The notes under the pieces were generated by a model. The model had not been told where the DNA came from. It saw only the letters and a list, made by a program, of their open reading frames with translations, and searched no databases. Shown one piece after another: positions 13,340 to 27,450 of a DNA stretch of 64,000 nt (position 1 is its first letter; the number at the start of each line of letters is the position of its first letter). The DNA is from Lingula anatina (Eukaryota > Animalia > Brachiopoda). The position numbers and the translations under genes are program-made. The stretch lies in the NCBI GenBank assembly GCA_051362555.1, contig CM120646.1:12648001-12712000 (forward strand). Direction: 5' to 3'.

Positions 13340-16300
13340 ATGTATGACGACCAGAACTCAGAAGGTGGACCCAAAGGGACATATGAGACGTACAAAGCGG
13401 AAGGTGACAATTTATACAAACAGGGAGAATACAGAAAAGCTATCGAGAGTTATAACACGGTAAGTTTCGTGCACATGTAAGAGGCATGTTCGACTTGCAG
13501 GATCTGCTAATGTTACGTGAAGGCACGCATATCTATGGGCGAAAGATTGATTATCGATAGAAAATCCGAGCTTATTGTACTTGAACCCCTCAAAAGTCAC
13601 TTTTGTTACGTAGATATTGCGTTATTCACTATGCCCGAGTTGTCACTGAATAAGCTACTGTACCGCCACAGTAATAGTACAGTACAAGTACATGTACCGT
13701 ACAGTGCATATGTACATGTAGGTGTACTGACGATGTACTTGTACATGCATTGGTACTGGGACCGTGTTCACTACATGTACAATGTACAGTACACTAGTAT
13801 TATGTTGGGTGGATACACGGATAGTCACAATAGTCCAATTGTGAATAAATCATAATATTTTTTGAGCTATTCAAAATTAAAATATATTCATGTTTTAAAA
13901 TTTTTAGTTGCATCGTGTTTGCAACAACATGTATTTAAGAAGTCAAAAGTTGGCTAACTTACTAGTATTTTAACCCCTACATATTGCCACCAATACTTGG
14001 AATTTTTTACAGAATATGTAAAGCAACTGAGCATGAACATAAATGTACTGTACTAGTACAGCAAAAGATTTTGAATCTACATGTGGGATTTTTTAATGCA
14101 AATTAAGTAACACATGGGCATGTGATATAATCAAAGTGAAGTTGTATTTAAATTTTGGTGAACAAACACATGAATTATGAGAAAATACAGGGTACAGTCT
14201 GATATAATGTCTCATCAAAAGCATTATGGTATATGTGTGTATGCATTAGAATTTGATCCCAAAACTTATGTTAATAGAGATTATAAAAATGGCACATACT
14301 GAGTAACAGAAAACAAGAAAAAGATAATTTCCCAAATTTCCAAAAGGGAACACAAAGCTGCTGATGAATACTTCCTGCATATTCTAGAATCTTAGCTCTA
14401 AATTCCATTTTGTTTTAAAATTGAATTTGTATTCATAAAGTTATAAAGCATTTAAGAGTAAATAGCCATTTTACATGAAATATTAAATTAACAATATAAA
14501 AAGTGAAATATAAGAGATAGAAGAAGACAACAAGATTTCCCATTATAAGTTTACCACTGGCATATCTTTTCAGTCTTTTATTTTTTTTTTTTAATTTTTG
14601 TACTTTAAACACTTTTATTTTATTTTGACCTAATGTAAATTTTGCTTTATTTAGTTTTATTAGTCTATTTTTTTAAATATTTAAATCACTTTTTTATTTT
14701 ATTACATTCAGTTTTGTGTTAATTCTTTAATATCTACATTATTTCATTTTTAGGCCTTGGAACTGAAGCCCACTGACAGAAACTGTTTGGTCTCCAGATC
14801 TAAATGTTACCTTCAACTTGGGGAGACACAGAAAGCTTATGAAGATGCTGAGGCTTCACTGGTGGATGATAAAGACTTTCACAAGGTGAGGTTTTTTCTT
14901 GTATGACATGATAAAAATATTTATTTATTTATTATTGCAACATACTTATTGACTTAATCTTGATTAGGTAATAATACATCTTTTATAACTAACATGCACC
15001 AGCAGGACGTAATGGAAATATTCAAAATGAAGTCCCTGATATTGAATACAATGCAAATATAATTAATATTATGATATACAATCAGCATGAGATTGTACTG
15101 GTTGGTTCATGTACCCAAACACCACTCAAAGGATTAAATTATCCATAATAGATAAACACAACACCAGGGACCAATGAATGAATTGCAGCTTGGACATAAA
15201 GATTACAGTAATGATATATAATTACCTGAGAGTGATAAAAGATTCAAATGCCACACTGACTAGCAGATAGACCTATGTTGTTAGTATGTGGGTTACTTTG
15301 CCTCTAATCTCATGTTGATTCACAGTTCAGGTGGTCCTGATCAATATATGACAAACAGCTTATGTACTCATGATGTTTGTATAGATCCGTTTACTTTATG
15401 TGCTCCATCTGCAGATCTAGGGATGATATATGTACAGGGGTGCATATGCACTGTATGATTTGGTCCTTTCTGTTATTCTGTGAAGTATATACATTGATAA
15501 GTTTGAAAAACATAATAATGATAATAGTAATAAATAACAGTCAAAAAACATAATCACTATCTCATAATTGGTGAATGATCTAACATAAAAAAAAACAATT
15601 TGTGAAAATTCTTCAACCACTTTTATTATGCAAATTTTTATTTAATTTTATTTTCATAATTTATTATCATTATGATTACCAAAAGCACATATTTTGGTTT
15701 CATTTTATCTACACGTACTTTAAACTTATTTGTGATATATATTTTTTGCTATATTTATCATTATTATTCTTTATATTCTTATTCTTATTGTAATTATTAA
15801 AATTAATTTATTTATTATCCAGGGCTTGTTCCAAAAAGCAGAGGCTTTGTACAGCATGGGTAACTTTGAGATGGCGCTAGTCTTCTACCACAGAGGTCAC
15901 AAACTCCGGCCAGAGCTGCAGGAGTTCAGACTTGGCATACAGAAGGCACAGGAGGCCATTGATAACAGTGTGGGAAGTAAGGACTTCAAAGACATTTTTT
16001 CTTTTAATATATTGATAGCTTTTGTTAATGATAGTGATGATATTTTTCTTTCACGATACTTTGTCATTTCAGTCTATGGTGACAATTAAGAAACTGTTGC
16101 ACTGACATAAAACAGAAAATCACTGAGATATTTGACAGTCATAAAGAAACAATACTAAAAAAAATCTAGAATTTCTTGCAGAAAGTATAAAGTTATGTAC
16201 TATATTGAACAGATGTAAGAGAGTGATTGTTCATTAATAACAAAATATGAACTCACTTAAATATCCTTTGGATAGTTGATTTAGTGCACAATAGAATTGA

Positions 16301-19300
16301 AAGAAAGGCTATGTGCTCAGCAAATAAACATTTCACTTTTCTACAGGTCCAGCCAAAGTAAAATTAACCAAGGAGGGAGATCTTTCTTTCTTTGCCAAGC
16401 AAGATGAGGTATGTAGCCTAAAGAGATCAGTAGGGGTTAATATTGGAAATAAAAATTTTAACAAGTTGAGCATGCATTTGTGTTTAATAATTTATATTGC
16501 AAATTTCACTATTTTGTGAATTGAAAAAATATATTCTCTTATAAGGCTTTAGCAGGTATTTGATGATATTATCATGTAAAAATGTGATTCAAAAATAAAT
16601 TAGATTGGCAAAACTAGTGTACTGGTAATTATCTCCTCGGCAAATGGCAAGAATAACTTTTCACTAGAGCTTATAACTACTGTATCTTAGGAGAGTCCAG
16701 AAGAGATAGAGAAGGTACAGGTTTTATTTTACACTGTCCAAAAGCATTCTCTCCTCTTTACATGTACTGTTTTTTATCTGTGTTTAATAAAGCATACATG
16801 TACATACAGATTTTCTCTACATTCTATGTGCAATGAGCTAGGCTTCTGATTATGTGTAACTTGCTGCCATATTTTTCAAATGGAGAGGGGCTACGAATGC
16901 AATGCAATCTACTTTCATATTTTGAGTAAACTGTTATTTTATTTGCATGTTTATTTCTGATACAATTTTCTTTTCCTTTTAAAGACACTTTAAGATATTT
17001 CAGTTGTGCTTTTATTGTGTGACATTCTGCTGTTAAGCATTGTGTATATTGTATGCATAAGTGTCAGCTTTTGCCGTGTTACAATTTTAGTATTCTTTAT
17101 TTTAATATGGATGAATGAATCAATAGAAAAAATAAAATTAAAAAAAAATGTTGGACTTAAAATTATGTGTTTCAGAAGTTGAAAAGGATTGTGAATTATT
17201 GTATACATGTGGAATAATTGTACTGTGTCCATATTGTACATTTATGCCTGTTGTTGAGAAATTAACAATTAAAACATATACAAGTATAAGTATTATTTAC
17301 TTCTAGTCAGATGCACCTTAGCTGAAAATCTCCAGAGTAAGAAAAAAAAGACACATATTTGTGATTCATGCAAGGTTATACTAAAAGTTTAATCGATATA
17401 TATTATATTTCATTATTGAAAATATTTTTGAAACAACCACAGGAATGCATCCATCATTTCAATGATTTTCTTATGTAGAAAAAGAGCAAGAAGCCAACAT
17501 TTGGCTATGCCAAGCCTGCGGTGCAGAAACAACAGGCAGCCAAGCGTGAACCCAAGGGGGCAAGTGGCAGTGAGAAGACAGAGAAACAGCTGCTGGGAGA
17601 GCTGTACGGAGACAAGCAATTCCTGGAGAAACTGCTGAAAGAATATGGTATGTATTACAGTATATTTACACTTGATTCAACTTAAAATCTCTGGATTCAA
17701 AACATTAGAAATGTGTAAGGTGTTAGTTTTTTTTTCTTTTTTTTTATCATACATCATTAATTAAATTGTTTTACATAATTTTATCAAAAAATTACTCATT
17801 CATTTTTCACTAGACTCCAATACTCAGAGGGGCAAAGAGATCAATAACCTAGTTATCAACTGTCTGGACTACCTCAGTGATCGCAGAGAATTCTGGCGCC
17901 AGCAGAAACCTATCTACGCACGCCAGTCAGAGAAGAGGAAGGTAATGGGAGGGGCAGTTGGACAGTCCAAGAGCAATTACAATCAGTACATCATTAAGGA
18001 GCTCGAAAAAATAGATGAAGGTATGAAAAAATATTCTGACTTCATTTCAGCCTTTGTTTTATTTTTTTAATCAATCCTGTTAAGCCAACTGCTTGCTATC
18101 TCTACATTATGCTCATTAAATGACAAACAAATGAAATATTACAATGCTTCTTGATAATTGCATCATGATAATTGATAAAAATGAAAAAAAAATTCATAAT
18201 AAATTATTTTACATATGCAATTTTCTGAACAATTTCATGACGTTTAATTCAGTTTGTCAATTTAATGTGGGTCATTTGAAATATAAAAAATAAAGATTAA
18301 TTTTGTTTTCTTCATGTTCTTCCACCCTCTCATCACTCAGTCTGTTAATACTAGTTAACGCAATAATTGCTTCTTTGTTTTCAGTTAATTTTCATTACGT
18401 TATTATAATTTCTTAAATTTTATGGCACAGTTATTTTGACCTTCCTATGTCAAATATCCCGGTGACTCCCTTCACCATAAAAATTTTCATGTAATTATTT
18501 AACAGAGGAAAAAATGTTTTGTTTTTTTTTTTTAATTCCTGTAATATTATAAATGGGATAATTCCAGCACAAGCCAATGGCAGGTTTGAGGAGAGTTTAC
18601 GTATGTCTAACAAGTGCCTGAAGACGGTGGAAGGTTGGTCTGATGATGCAGTTAGCAACAGACATGAGGTGCTGGCAAATCTCTACAGTGCTATGGGGAA
18701 TGCCTACCTTGAGATGGCACAGTTTGAAAAATCTCTACAATATCACCAAAAAGACCTAGATATAGCTAATAAACAGTGAGTATTATTTATTTATTTATTT
18801 ATTTATTTTCCTAAAGGGGCCCGCACATGGTGAGTATTTGGCGCGCCCCACTTGCGCTGCGCCAGATGCTCGCGCTCCTCAGCTCCCCTCAAACGATGCG
18901 CTCTTTGCTCAGCAGAGTTGCCTCCCGGCCTGCCCCTAGCGGACGCACTGTGAACTGTGGGATCATGTGTTTAAGGAAACATTACATATTGTTGTTTTTT
19001 CTGATAGTAATGGATAATGGTGACCATGTTAATCAATTAGACTAACTATAACTGTGTACATTTTTGTTGACTTCGCTGGGGGCTGCCATTTTTGTTTGTT
19101 TCCGGCTACTGGCACATGCGCATTGTTAGCATGGCGTGAGCAATCGGCGCTTGCACCCCGCACACGCTGAGACATTTGCCTCAAAATCAAACACGTGAGA
19201 AATTTGCTCAGCCACGCGTGAGGCAAAAATCTCACCAAAATACCTCCGCACACGATGAGAAAACGGCGCAGCGCAAGTGGCGCACGCCAAATGCTCACCG

Positions 19301-20032
19301 TGTGCGGGCCCCTTAAGGAAAATTCTAAATTGTCTTGATATAGTTTTGCAGGTTTTTTTTTTTTTTACCAATTATTTTTTTTCTTTTTGATTTTTATGAA
19401 AAACACAAAAAAATGCGCCAACATCTTTCATTTTTTATGTTACCAGTCCTAATTAGAAGCTACATGTAAGACCCAAAATACAGATCTCTACATAGCAGAT
19501 ACAAGGTCCTATAGTTAAAAATTATACTAATATGATAAGACAAGATGTAGTCTCAAGTGCTCACTTCACCAGTGTAGCACAGGTCAAGTAGGGAACAAAA
19601 ATGGTCCTTGTAGAAACTAGGATGAGAAGTTAATGATACACTTAGTACCTCCTTTGCATGTATGAATCTTATCAATAGCCATCCAAGATGTCTTTAAACT
19701 AAGTCAACATGATTGCCAGAAGTGAAATATTCCAGAACTGATGAATGCCAAAATATTCTCCAAACATAATGGTAATAATTAAAACGTTGACAACTTTATA
19801 CTGGACATTTTCATATTTAATCGAATAATCCTTTGAAGTGCAGCATTGATTGCAAACCACCTTGATTAATACAGTGCTTTAGTACCTAGCAAATGATCCC
19901 TTTTTAGAATCAGCTACTAGTACTGCTTTTGTCACTGTCCATAACAATTGCAATCATAATTGGCTTTTTCACAGTGATTCACATTATTTTACCCCTGCAT
20001 GTTTTTTTTTTCTTTTTCATTTTTTTAATCAC

Positions 20033-20092
<60 letters not shown>

Positions 20093-22822
20093 TTATTGTC
20101 CTTTTTCATTTAGTAGAATTATTTTCTGATCTTAATTTACATGTAACAACAGTGTTATTGATTATCACCTTGGAAAAGTTCAAGTGGCATCACAGACTAT
20201 TCAACATGTAATTGTTTTTATTGCTCTCCTTAAAAAACATAAGGTATATTATAAATTATTAAACCTTATAAATAGTCATTATGATAAGTGAAAGATACTA
20301 ACCATTGTTTTTATGTCCAATTCTTCTTTCTATTGCAGTGATACGGAGCATTTAAAGTCCAGGGCCTTGGACAATCTTGGCAGAGTGTACGCCCGGTCAG
20401 GGAAATTCCAGGATGCGGTTAATGTGTAAGTACATTCACACTTGTACTTAAAATGTATATATGCTATAATATATCTCTGTGTGAGTGTGATCCAACTGGT
20501 TGAGATTATGATTTGGTTACTTATGTAATCCTGTCCCTGAAAGTGTACCTAGGGTTATCTTAGTGTTAAAGTACTACATGTAGTGATATACTCTGATCAT
20601 GACTTTTTGAACTTTTTTAAATGGAGGGAAAGTATGTTATTTATTTATTTATTTAGTTTTGTCATGCTTTAATTGAAACCTTTTTTATCACGGAGTCACT
20701 GGAAATTATACAGCTGCCGTGCAAAAGTTCCTCTTAGTGCATACGCATGTACATCTCTCATATTGTCATGTACAATGTACAGGTACCTCCTTATGTTTCA
20801 GATGGACAGAAAAATTACCAATGAGTAAATCAGCACTGGAGAGCACGTGGCTCTTCCACGAGATAGGCCGGTGCTACCTGGAGATGGGCAAGTTTGAGGA
20901 AGCCAAAGATAATGGAGAAAAATCTATGGCAGCTGCTGAAGAGGCTCAGGATAATGTGTGGAAACTAAACGCTAGTGTGCTGATAGCTCAGGCTGAAGGT
21001 GAGTCATTGTGTTAGTTGAGATAGGTACATTTGCACAAAGCACATTTGACAGAAATTCTGCTAATCAAATCCCATTGGTTCCAATTAAGTTATATTATCA
21101 AATTATGTAGCGTCAGTAATGTAAACCATGCCTTTTGTGTGTAACTTTAGGGAAGAGCACCTGGTTTTTCATTTATTCATTTTATCTGATTTTTTAATTG
21201 ATCAATAATTTTGTAATAATTATAACCCTGTACATTTCAGTAAAATTGGGAAGTTATGAATCTGCACAAGAAGCATTTGAAAGATCTCTTGACATGGCAA
21301 AATTACAAGGTGAGCTTTTTTTTTTTTCTATTGGTTGGGGTGCATTCTCCAAACATCAATTTACTATTTCAAGAATATTTGCTATAAACGGTGAAGAAAA
21401 CATCTTTCTTCAGTTTGATAGTAATTTTATATTTATTTCAGGTGACACAGCAGCAGAAAATGCAATTAAAAAAGCTCTAGAAGATGTGAATGCAAAAATA
21501 GTCAGTGGTCTCAAGGGGGAGTCAGAGACAGAACAGACTGAAGAGGCAGCACCTGCTGAACAAAGCCAAGAAGAGGCAGAACCAGCAGCTGAAGATGGTA
21601 AGACAAAATAAATTTATATATATATATATATTTATGGATCAGTCTATTAGCTGTGTAGCATTTACCGTAATTTAGAAAAAAGAAATGATGTTGCCAGGAT
21701 TTGTTGTTACATGCAGCAGATGATGATTTGTTGAGCATATTTGATGATTTGTTTTAAAAAATAAACATTCCTTTTTTTACTGAGATAAGTTCCTATCATA
21801 TCAAATATCAAATTTGTCTCTGATGTATCAAGAGGTTTGCTGTGTTCTTTGCTTGCAATACTAACCAAAGGCATTTGATTTGTGCAATTCCATCAGGTAA
21901 ACCCACCCCCTCTGATGCTGAGGCAGCTGATGAGGAGTACAGCGAGGATGAGGTGGAGGAGGAGGAGGAAGTCGAGGAGGAGGAAGAAGAAGAGGATAAT
22001 TAAGAAAAATAGAACACATTGATAGATTCTGTCTTGCAACAATGTTTGTACTGCATGTTTATACTAACAAACTGCTCACAGGATTAATGGTATCCAAGCC
22101 AAGGAAATGATGGATCACCATGGGAGGCTGCCATGCAGCCATTGATTTGTGAAGATGTTGATGGAGAAAAAAATTAATTTTTAATCCAGTGATGAGGTAT
22201 CACACTCCAGCGACAGTACCTTTGCAACTGTTGTGTTCTGTATTCTGACCTACTGCATATTTTATTTTATTATTTTTCCAGTGCATTAGATGCTTTTTCT
22301 TTCTTCTTAAATGTGTAAAACTTATCTCTAACTACTCTCATGTACTTAACCACTTATTATGTTTGTTCCCATCTTTCAGCAACCTCAACCGACACAAGTG
22401 TGCATAAGCTGATAAATCCATCAATCCTTTGTTTATATTTTCCAGTTTCAAACATATTCCTGGTGATATTTATACTTATCCATATATGTATCTACTTCCA
22501 AGCAATATACTTGTAGTTGAATTATGTCTGTGTGACTGCTTGTTTTATAGTTAAATTGATCCTCTCCTCGCAACCCCTCACCATTTCCTAGTGTCCTAGA
22601 TCAGGTGATGGATGGCCCAGCAAAACCTGGCAATAGTTGGCTTAGTATTTTATTTTGGTTTATTTTGTTTCGTTTTGTTTTATTTTTTTGTTTTTATTTT
22701 TCTAATGTTTCCTAGGATCTGCTTCATGTTTATTTTACCTTCGTTTCCTCTCTTTTTTTCTCGCAGATACAGAACAAACTGCTGCTGCGGAAGATGATAC
22801 CCAACAACAGGTGGAAGAGTAA
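13340..22822 (+). CDS. ODAD4: Outer dynein arm docking complex subunit 4 (TTC25), TPR protein
   Basis: Exons 13340-13459, 14754-14885, 15823-15976, 16347-16408, 17479-17647, 17814-18020, 18568-18775, 20339-20425, 20802-20998, 21241-21309, 21442-21597, then 21897-22003 (555 aa) or 22767-22822 (538 aa). Diagnostic motifs: FEMALVFYHRGHKLRPELQEFRLGIQKAQEAIDNSVG, LLGELYGDKQFLEKLL, FWRQQKPIYAR, SRALDNLGRVYAR, WLFHEIGRCYLE. Confidence 0.95.
18815..19313. mobile_element. PIF/Harbinger-like MITE (499 bp) in ODAD4 intron 7
   Basis: ~50-bp near-perfect TIR AGGGGCCCGCACA(T/C)GGTGAG(T/C)ATTTGGCG..CCACTTGCGCTGCGCC with TAA on both sides. Confidence 0.85.
20037..20097. repeat. (TAT)n microsatellite
   Basis: Seen directly. 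Confidence 0.9.
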
Positions 22823-23543
22823 AACTGGTTATTGTGCTAGTTGAGCCGCCAAATTGTGTTGGATGAGACAGGCTATGATATTAAATAATAGTTTCAACAA
22901 AGTAATAACAAACACATCAACTACAACACTTATCCAACTTAACCATAATAAATGGGGTCTGATGACTATGCAAAACAGAGACAAATTTATTTTAACTGAA
23001 ATTCTGTGATTTGCATAAGGAAAAAATGCTTTTATAAATTATATGTTTATGTATTCCTTGTCTTACGTTTTCTATTTTTATTATAGTGGTACAATTTCAT
23101 AGCATTTTTGCATCATATAACATTTTTGATGAGCACAGTATTACCTCTGTTCTATTTTAAATCAAACAATACTGAGTACGCCAAATGGGTAAATCATATT
23201 TACTTGCCGGATTATACTTTTTTTTATCTATAAACAAATATATTTGTACACATATGTATGTCAAATTCTGTTGACAGAAAACCTTTTACATTATTCAATG
23301 TTAGTGAAAAAAAAAGAAAAACAATGCATTTATGTGACATTTGCATAAAATTGTCTTTGGTCATGAGACATCAATATGTTTGTGTTCATTAATATCTCTT
23401 AATTTCAGTGTCTTATACGCATATAGGTGATAAGAATCTCGTTTACGACATGCATACACTTACTTGTATTGCTACAGATTATCTCTATTTTCTGTTGTAC
23501 AATATTGCTGTATGCAAGATAACATTACGTTCTAGCGGTGCCA

Positions 23544-23549
23544 AATAAA
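23544..23549 (+). terminator. Candidate polyadenylation signal for the distal ODAD4 isoform
   Basis: AATAAA ~720 bp after the distal stop, followed by T-rich sequence. Confidence 0.4.
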
Positions 23550-23583
23550 ATGTATGTTTATCCAGTTGATTATATTGATGCTT

Positions 23584-23618
<35 letters not shown>

Positions 23619-24324
23619 TTAGTATAATTATTATTATTATTTGACGAGATATGGGAGGGAATGGAGGAAAATACCGGGTTGAGAGAAAGAGAGAATTGGC
23701 AGAGAAAAAAAAAATGATTTGCACGGGATTCTCTCCTTACTTTGCTGTGTTATAACTTCAGGTCATTTTACAAAACCAAGTTACAGCATGTGCCCTCACT
23801 CATTGCTAAGCCCATTTTATGCTGCCAGTAGTTCATCTGATTACTATAATTTAAAAATGGAGTAATATTTGATTAGTGCTGTTGACTAGAATGGCACATT
23901 GTAAATAATAGTAAAATAATAGTATAAATAGCCAAAGTTCATTGCAGCATTGTATGAAATTTAACAATCTTTAATTAATGCAAAATATACCATAAGACAA
24001 CAAATAAGACAACCCAAATATCAGTGCACGTCTGTGATTGGGCACATTAGGGAATGCTCTAGGACAAAAACATGGACTTTACAGTATTCCCATTTTATAA
24101 ATTCACTAGGGAAACAACCCAAACAGAAAGGGAAATGAAAGAAAATCAATTCATTAATATAATATAAGTATAAACCTACATTGGTAAAAGCAACAATTAA
24201 ACACCCATTGTTACAGACGTCACATTTTAGCCTTTATGACATCACCTAGTAACAAATAAACAAAACCCCCTGAAGAAAGAATGAAACTGGTCGGGGCAAA
24301 ATAGCTGCTGTTTCTTTTTCTTTT

Positions 24325-24327
<3 letters not shown>

Positions 24328-24390
<63 letters not shown>
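24328..24390. repeat. (AT)n microsatellite
   Basis: Seen directly. Confidence 0.95.
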
Positions 24391-24392
<2 letters not shown>

Positions 24393-24969
24393 CAATTATC
24401 TAACAACCCTAATTAATTTTTTTAATATCAATAATTTAATTATTTTATAATAATAACTTATAAATAAACTAAATAAACCAAACAGATAGCTTTACAATGT
24501 ATTAATGCATTAAAATAATTTTACAACCTTCAAAATCTAAGGAGTAGTCTGCCTAGTATTGTCGACTTATTCAAGGCATGAAAAAAAAAGCAATTAATTA
24601 TAATTTCATTTTATTAAAATGAATAAAACTAATAATAATAGTATTTATTTCTTATTAACAGCACCACACTTCCGTCTCAGTTCTGTTTACAAATAAAATT
24701 CTCAAAATTACAAGTAATTAAATAATTATTAAAAGCTGAGGTGAATAAAACAATTAAAATGATTAATGAAGGTCATAATAGTAAAAATCTGAATAATAAA
24801 CCTTTTCATGATAAAAATATATGATTTTAAGTATTAAAATTAATTGAAGTACTGTGCAAATAAGAATGTTTTCAAGTCTTTTAAAAAATTTAACACTATC
24901 TATAGGCGGAATGTGTGAGGGTAGTTAATTCCATAAAATGGGTGCTGAAATTGAAAATGCCCTGTGGCC

Positions 24970-25101
24970 TTATTTTTATTTATTTATTTTTATTTATTTA
25001 TTTATTTTATTTTATTTTATTTTATTTTATTTTATTTTATTTTATTTATTTATTTATTTTTTATTTTTATTTTTTTTATTTATTTATTTTTTTTTTTTTT
25101 T
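24970..25101. repeat. (TTTA)n/(TTTTA)n low-complexity tract
   Basis: Seen directly. It may be the decayed A-rich tail of the adjacent minus-strand LINE. Confidence 0.85.
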
Positions 25102-26520
25102 GGGTCATTTCTGGTAAAACAAAGAGTGGAGGTGGATCTGGTGGGCCCGGTGAGATTGGCTGAACTTGGATGTAGCATAGAGGTAAAATACGAAAGGCAA
25201 ACACCTCTGGTGTATTTAGAAATAAACAGCAGTAATTTTAAAATAATTATCTGTCGTACGGGAAACCAGTGTAGTTCGAATAAAATAGGTGAAATGTTTG
25301 ATCTGAGAGGGTTTTTGGTCATGCTGCAGCATTTTGGACAGATTGCAGTTTTGCAATTTGGTCCGTAGTCAAGATGCGAAGTTATGAAGGCATGGACAAG
25401 CCTATTCTTTTAACTGGGAGTAGGAGGATCGGAGACAGGAGGCTCAGCTTCTTGTAGGCCTAGAAGGAGTTGATTCCGCGCTCTCAAAGGATTTTTTTAA
25501 AGTTTTTCAATTTTGTTGTTAAAAACCCGGGAACACAGAACAAAGTTGCTAATCGAAGAACATGCAGTGTTCTGGTTGTGCCTATAATTCGCGCGACAAT
25601 CCGTACGCGTATTCTCCATGTACGTATTTACTCTGTACTCACGCCCCCTGGGAGACAATGGGTTGTTTTGATAAACGACAAAAGCCTGTGCGGGTAGCAA
25701 ACAATAGCGACGTGGACTCATACAGGGCCTAAGCGCACAGGGGGAGGGGCGCATATGTAAATTATTGTACGGGCGACCCTTGGAGACGGGAGTTCGTCCT
25801 CGCCAAGCGCGACGGGAAGTAAATTGATGCGCGCTATAATCCGACTTAGCTTTCAACTTAGCAGTATTGCACCTTGCTCTGGGCTGAATGTCGACCTGCC
25901 GAACATGTCGTCTCGTTGTTTTGTTTGCTTCTTACAATCAGGGGAATGGGCCTCTGCTATTTATTACATTGGAAGATTTTTTAGTAGTTTTGGTGAATAT
26001 CTCGAACGATCAGTCTGTGGCCCGTACCAGTTAACTATTCTGATCTTGGCGGGAGTCTCCCTAATTTTGGACGTATCTACCGATCTTCCTTTTCTCTCGA
26101 TACATCACACTTTTCTCTTTGTCCTTACGTTTGGAAACTCGGTGACTTCATTCACGAAAATGTGCTGTAACATTGCTTTCTCAGGTTAAGTGATAGGGGT
26201 ATAGATAGCATTAAACAATAAAAAGAAAATACCAACGACAAAGCCGTGCCAGGTCTTCGTGTGAGTAACATCCGAAACACTGTACATGTATGTTGTTTTC
26301 GTGGAGACGAAGCTGGTTTCGAAAGGAACCTAAATAGCGATAATTAAAACCACAGCTTGGTAAGCTACCTGGACATTGTAATAAGTGATAGATACAATAC
26401 AAGTCGCCGAGCCGAACGTGAAATATAACGAGTGTATTGTCGAGCCACAGGTTGAGTATATTTCGGGTACAGCTCGGTGGCGAGTGTTGTATCAAGCTCA
26501 AACCACAGCCTCTCATCGGT
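25102..26520 (-). mobile_element. Decayed L2/CR1-type LINE fragments
   Basis: Minus-strand peptides NISPILFELHWFPVRQIIILK and KLQSVQNAAA resemble the L2 RT C-terminus, and GLSLIQHSPPSCTRNILNL resembles the endonuclease QHVxxPT..NILDL. Many stops and frameshifts; apparently interrupted at ~25465-25840. Confidence 0.65.
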
Positions 26521-26599
26521 TAGTGCAATGTCCTCGCGATATATTACTGGATGCCAGCTGAGCGGTGGAAAATTAATTCAAGCAAAAATTCTTGTTGGG

Positions 26600-27450
26600 C
26601 ATTAGAAAAACTTATCAAAAATGACTTACGAGTGTGTCAATTTGCCTAACGGCAAGGGCTTAAGTGTTTGTGCAAGATCGATCACATAACTGCATTCACT
26701 TACTCTAACTCTTTGAGTTATAAAATAGATTACTTAAAAGAAGATCTTTAACTGATACGTATACAAATGCTGTGGAGGAGAGTTCGCCCAAACAGATCAT
26801 AAGAGGTAAATGACATCTGATTGCCCTTTGTCGTGAACACAATAACATCATGTATGAAGATTTTACTGGGCGATATTATATAAGAGTAGATCGTCAGTTT
26901 GCGAGGGTGATCATCTTCTCTTTGCATTGTGGAGTATAGTATTGCAGTATGGATTAATTCTACTAGGTGACCACTTTGATAAAAAATAAGCTAACAACAG
27001 TCCAGTCAATTATTTTACAAGAGACTACAATTTATTTGTGCGAAAATATAATTGAATTGGTGACATACATGGCGTTTTCACAAGAGAGGTGGCTCCTTTG
27101 CTTTAAGCAATGCTTGTCGGCGGTGGAAATTACAATTACAACGATTTGTTTGCTGGTTAATGATCGCATTAAGTGGTGGCCGATTTCGCACCCTCTACAT
27201 TTCATTCAATGGCAGTTACAATTGGTAGCCGCCCCTCTTTGTTTCGGTGTCCAGTGTTACCTAATGACTGGGTTGTAAATGACCTTTATATTAAAAACTA
27301 TTCCATTCTTTGTCTAGGTCTACTAGTACACATCCCAAGAGCGTTCTCAGGCAGCAATTGTTAATCATTAAACAATAGCGATAAAGCATCGGTTTCGGCA
27401 AATTTCAATCTTTGGGGCCATCAACATCAACCTAAATATTCAAGAGACGC
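26600..27450 (-). mobile_element. Highly decayed CR1-like reverse transcriptase fragment
   Basis: Minus-strand remnants VSCKIID, DKGQSDVIYL and TQRVRVSECS occur in the order expected for CR1 RT motifs. No intact ORF. Confidence 0.45.

Noticed and set aside
24915-25368. Hydrophobic F/Y/I/L-rich ORFs (also 3742-3963, 19929-20129, 44494-44778)
   Set aside because: Translations of (TTTA)n/(TAT)n microsatellites.
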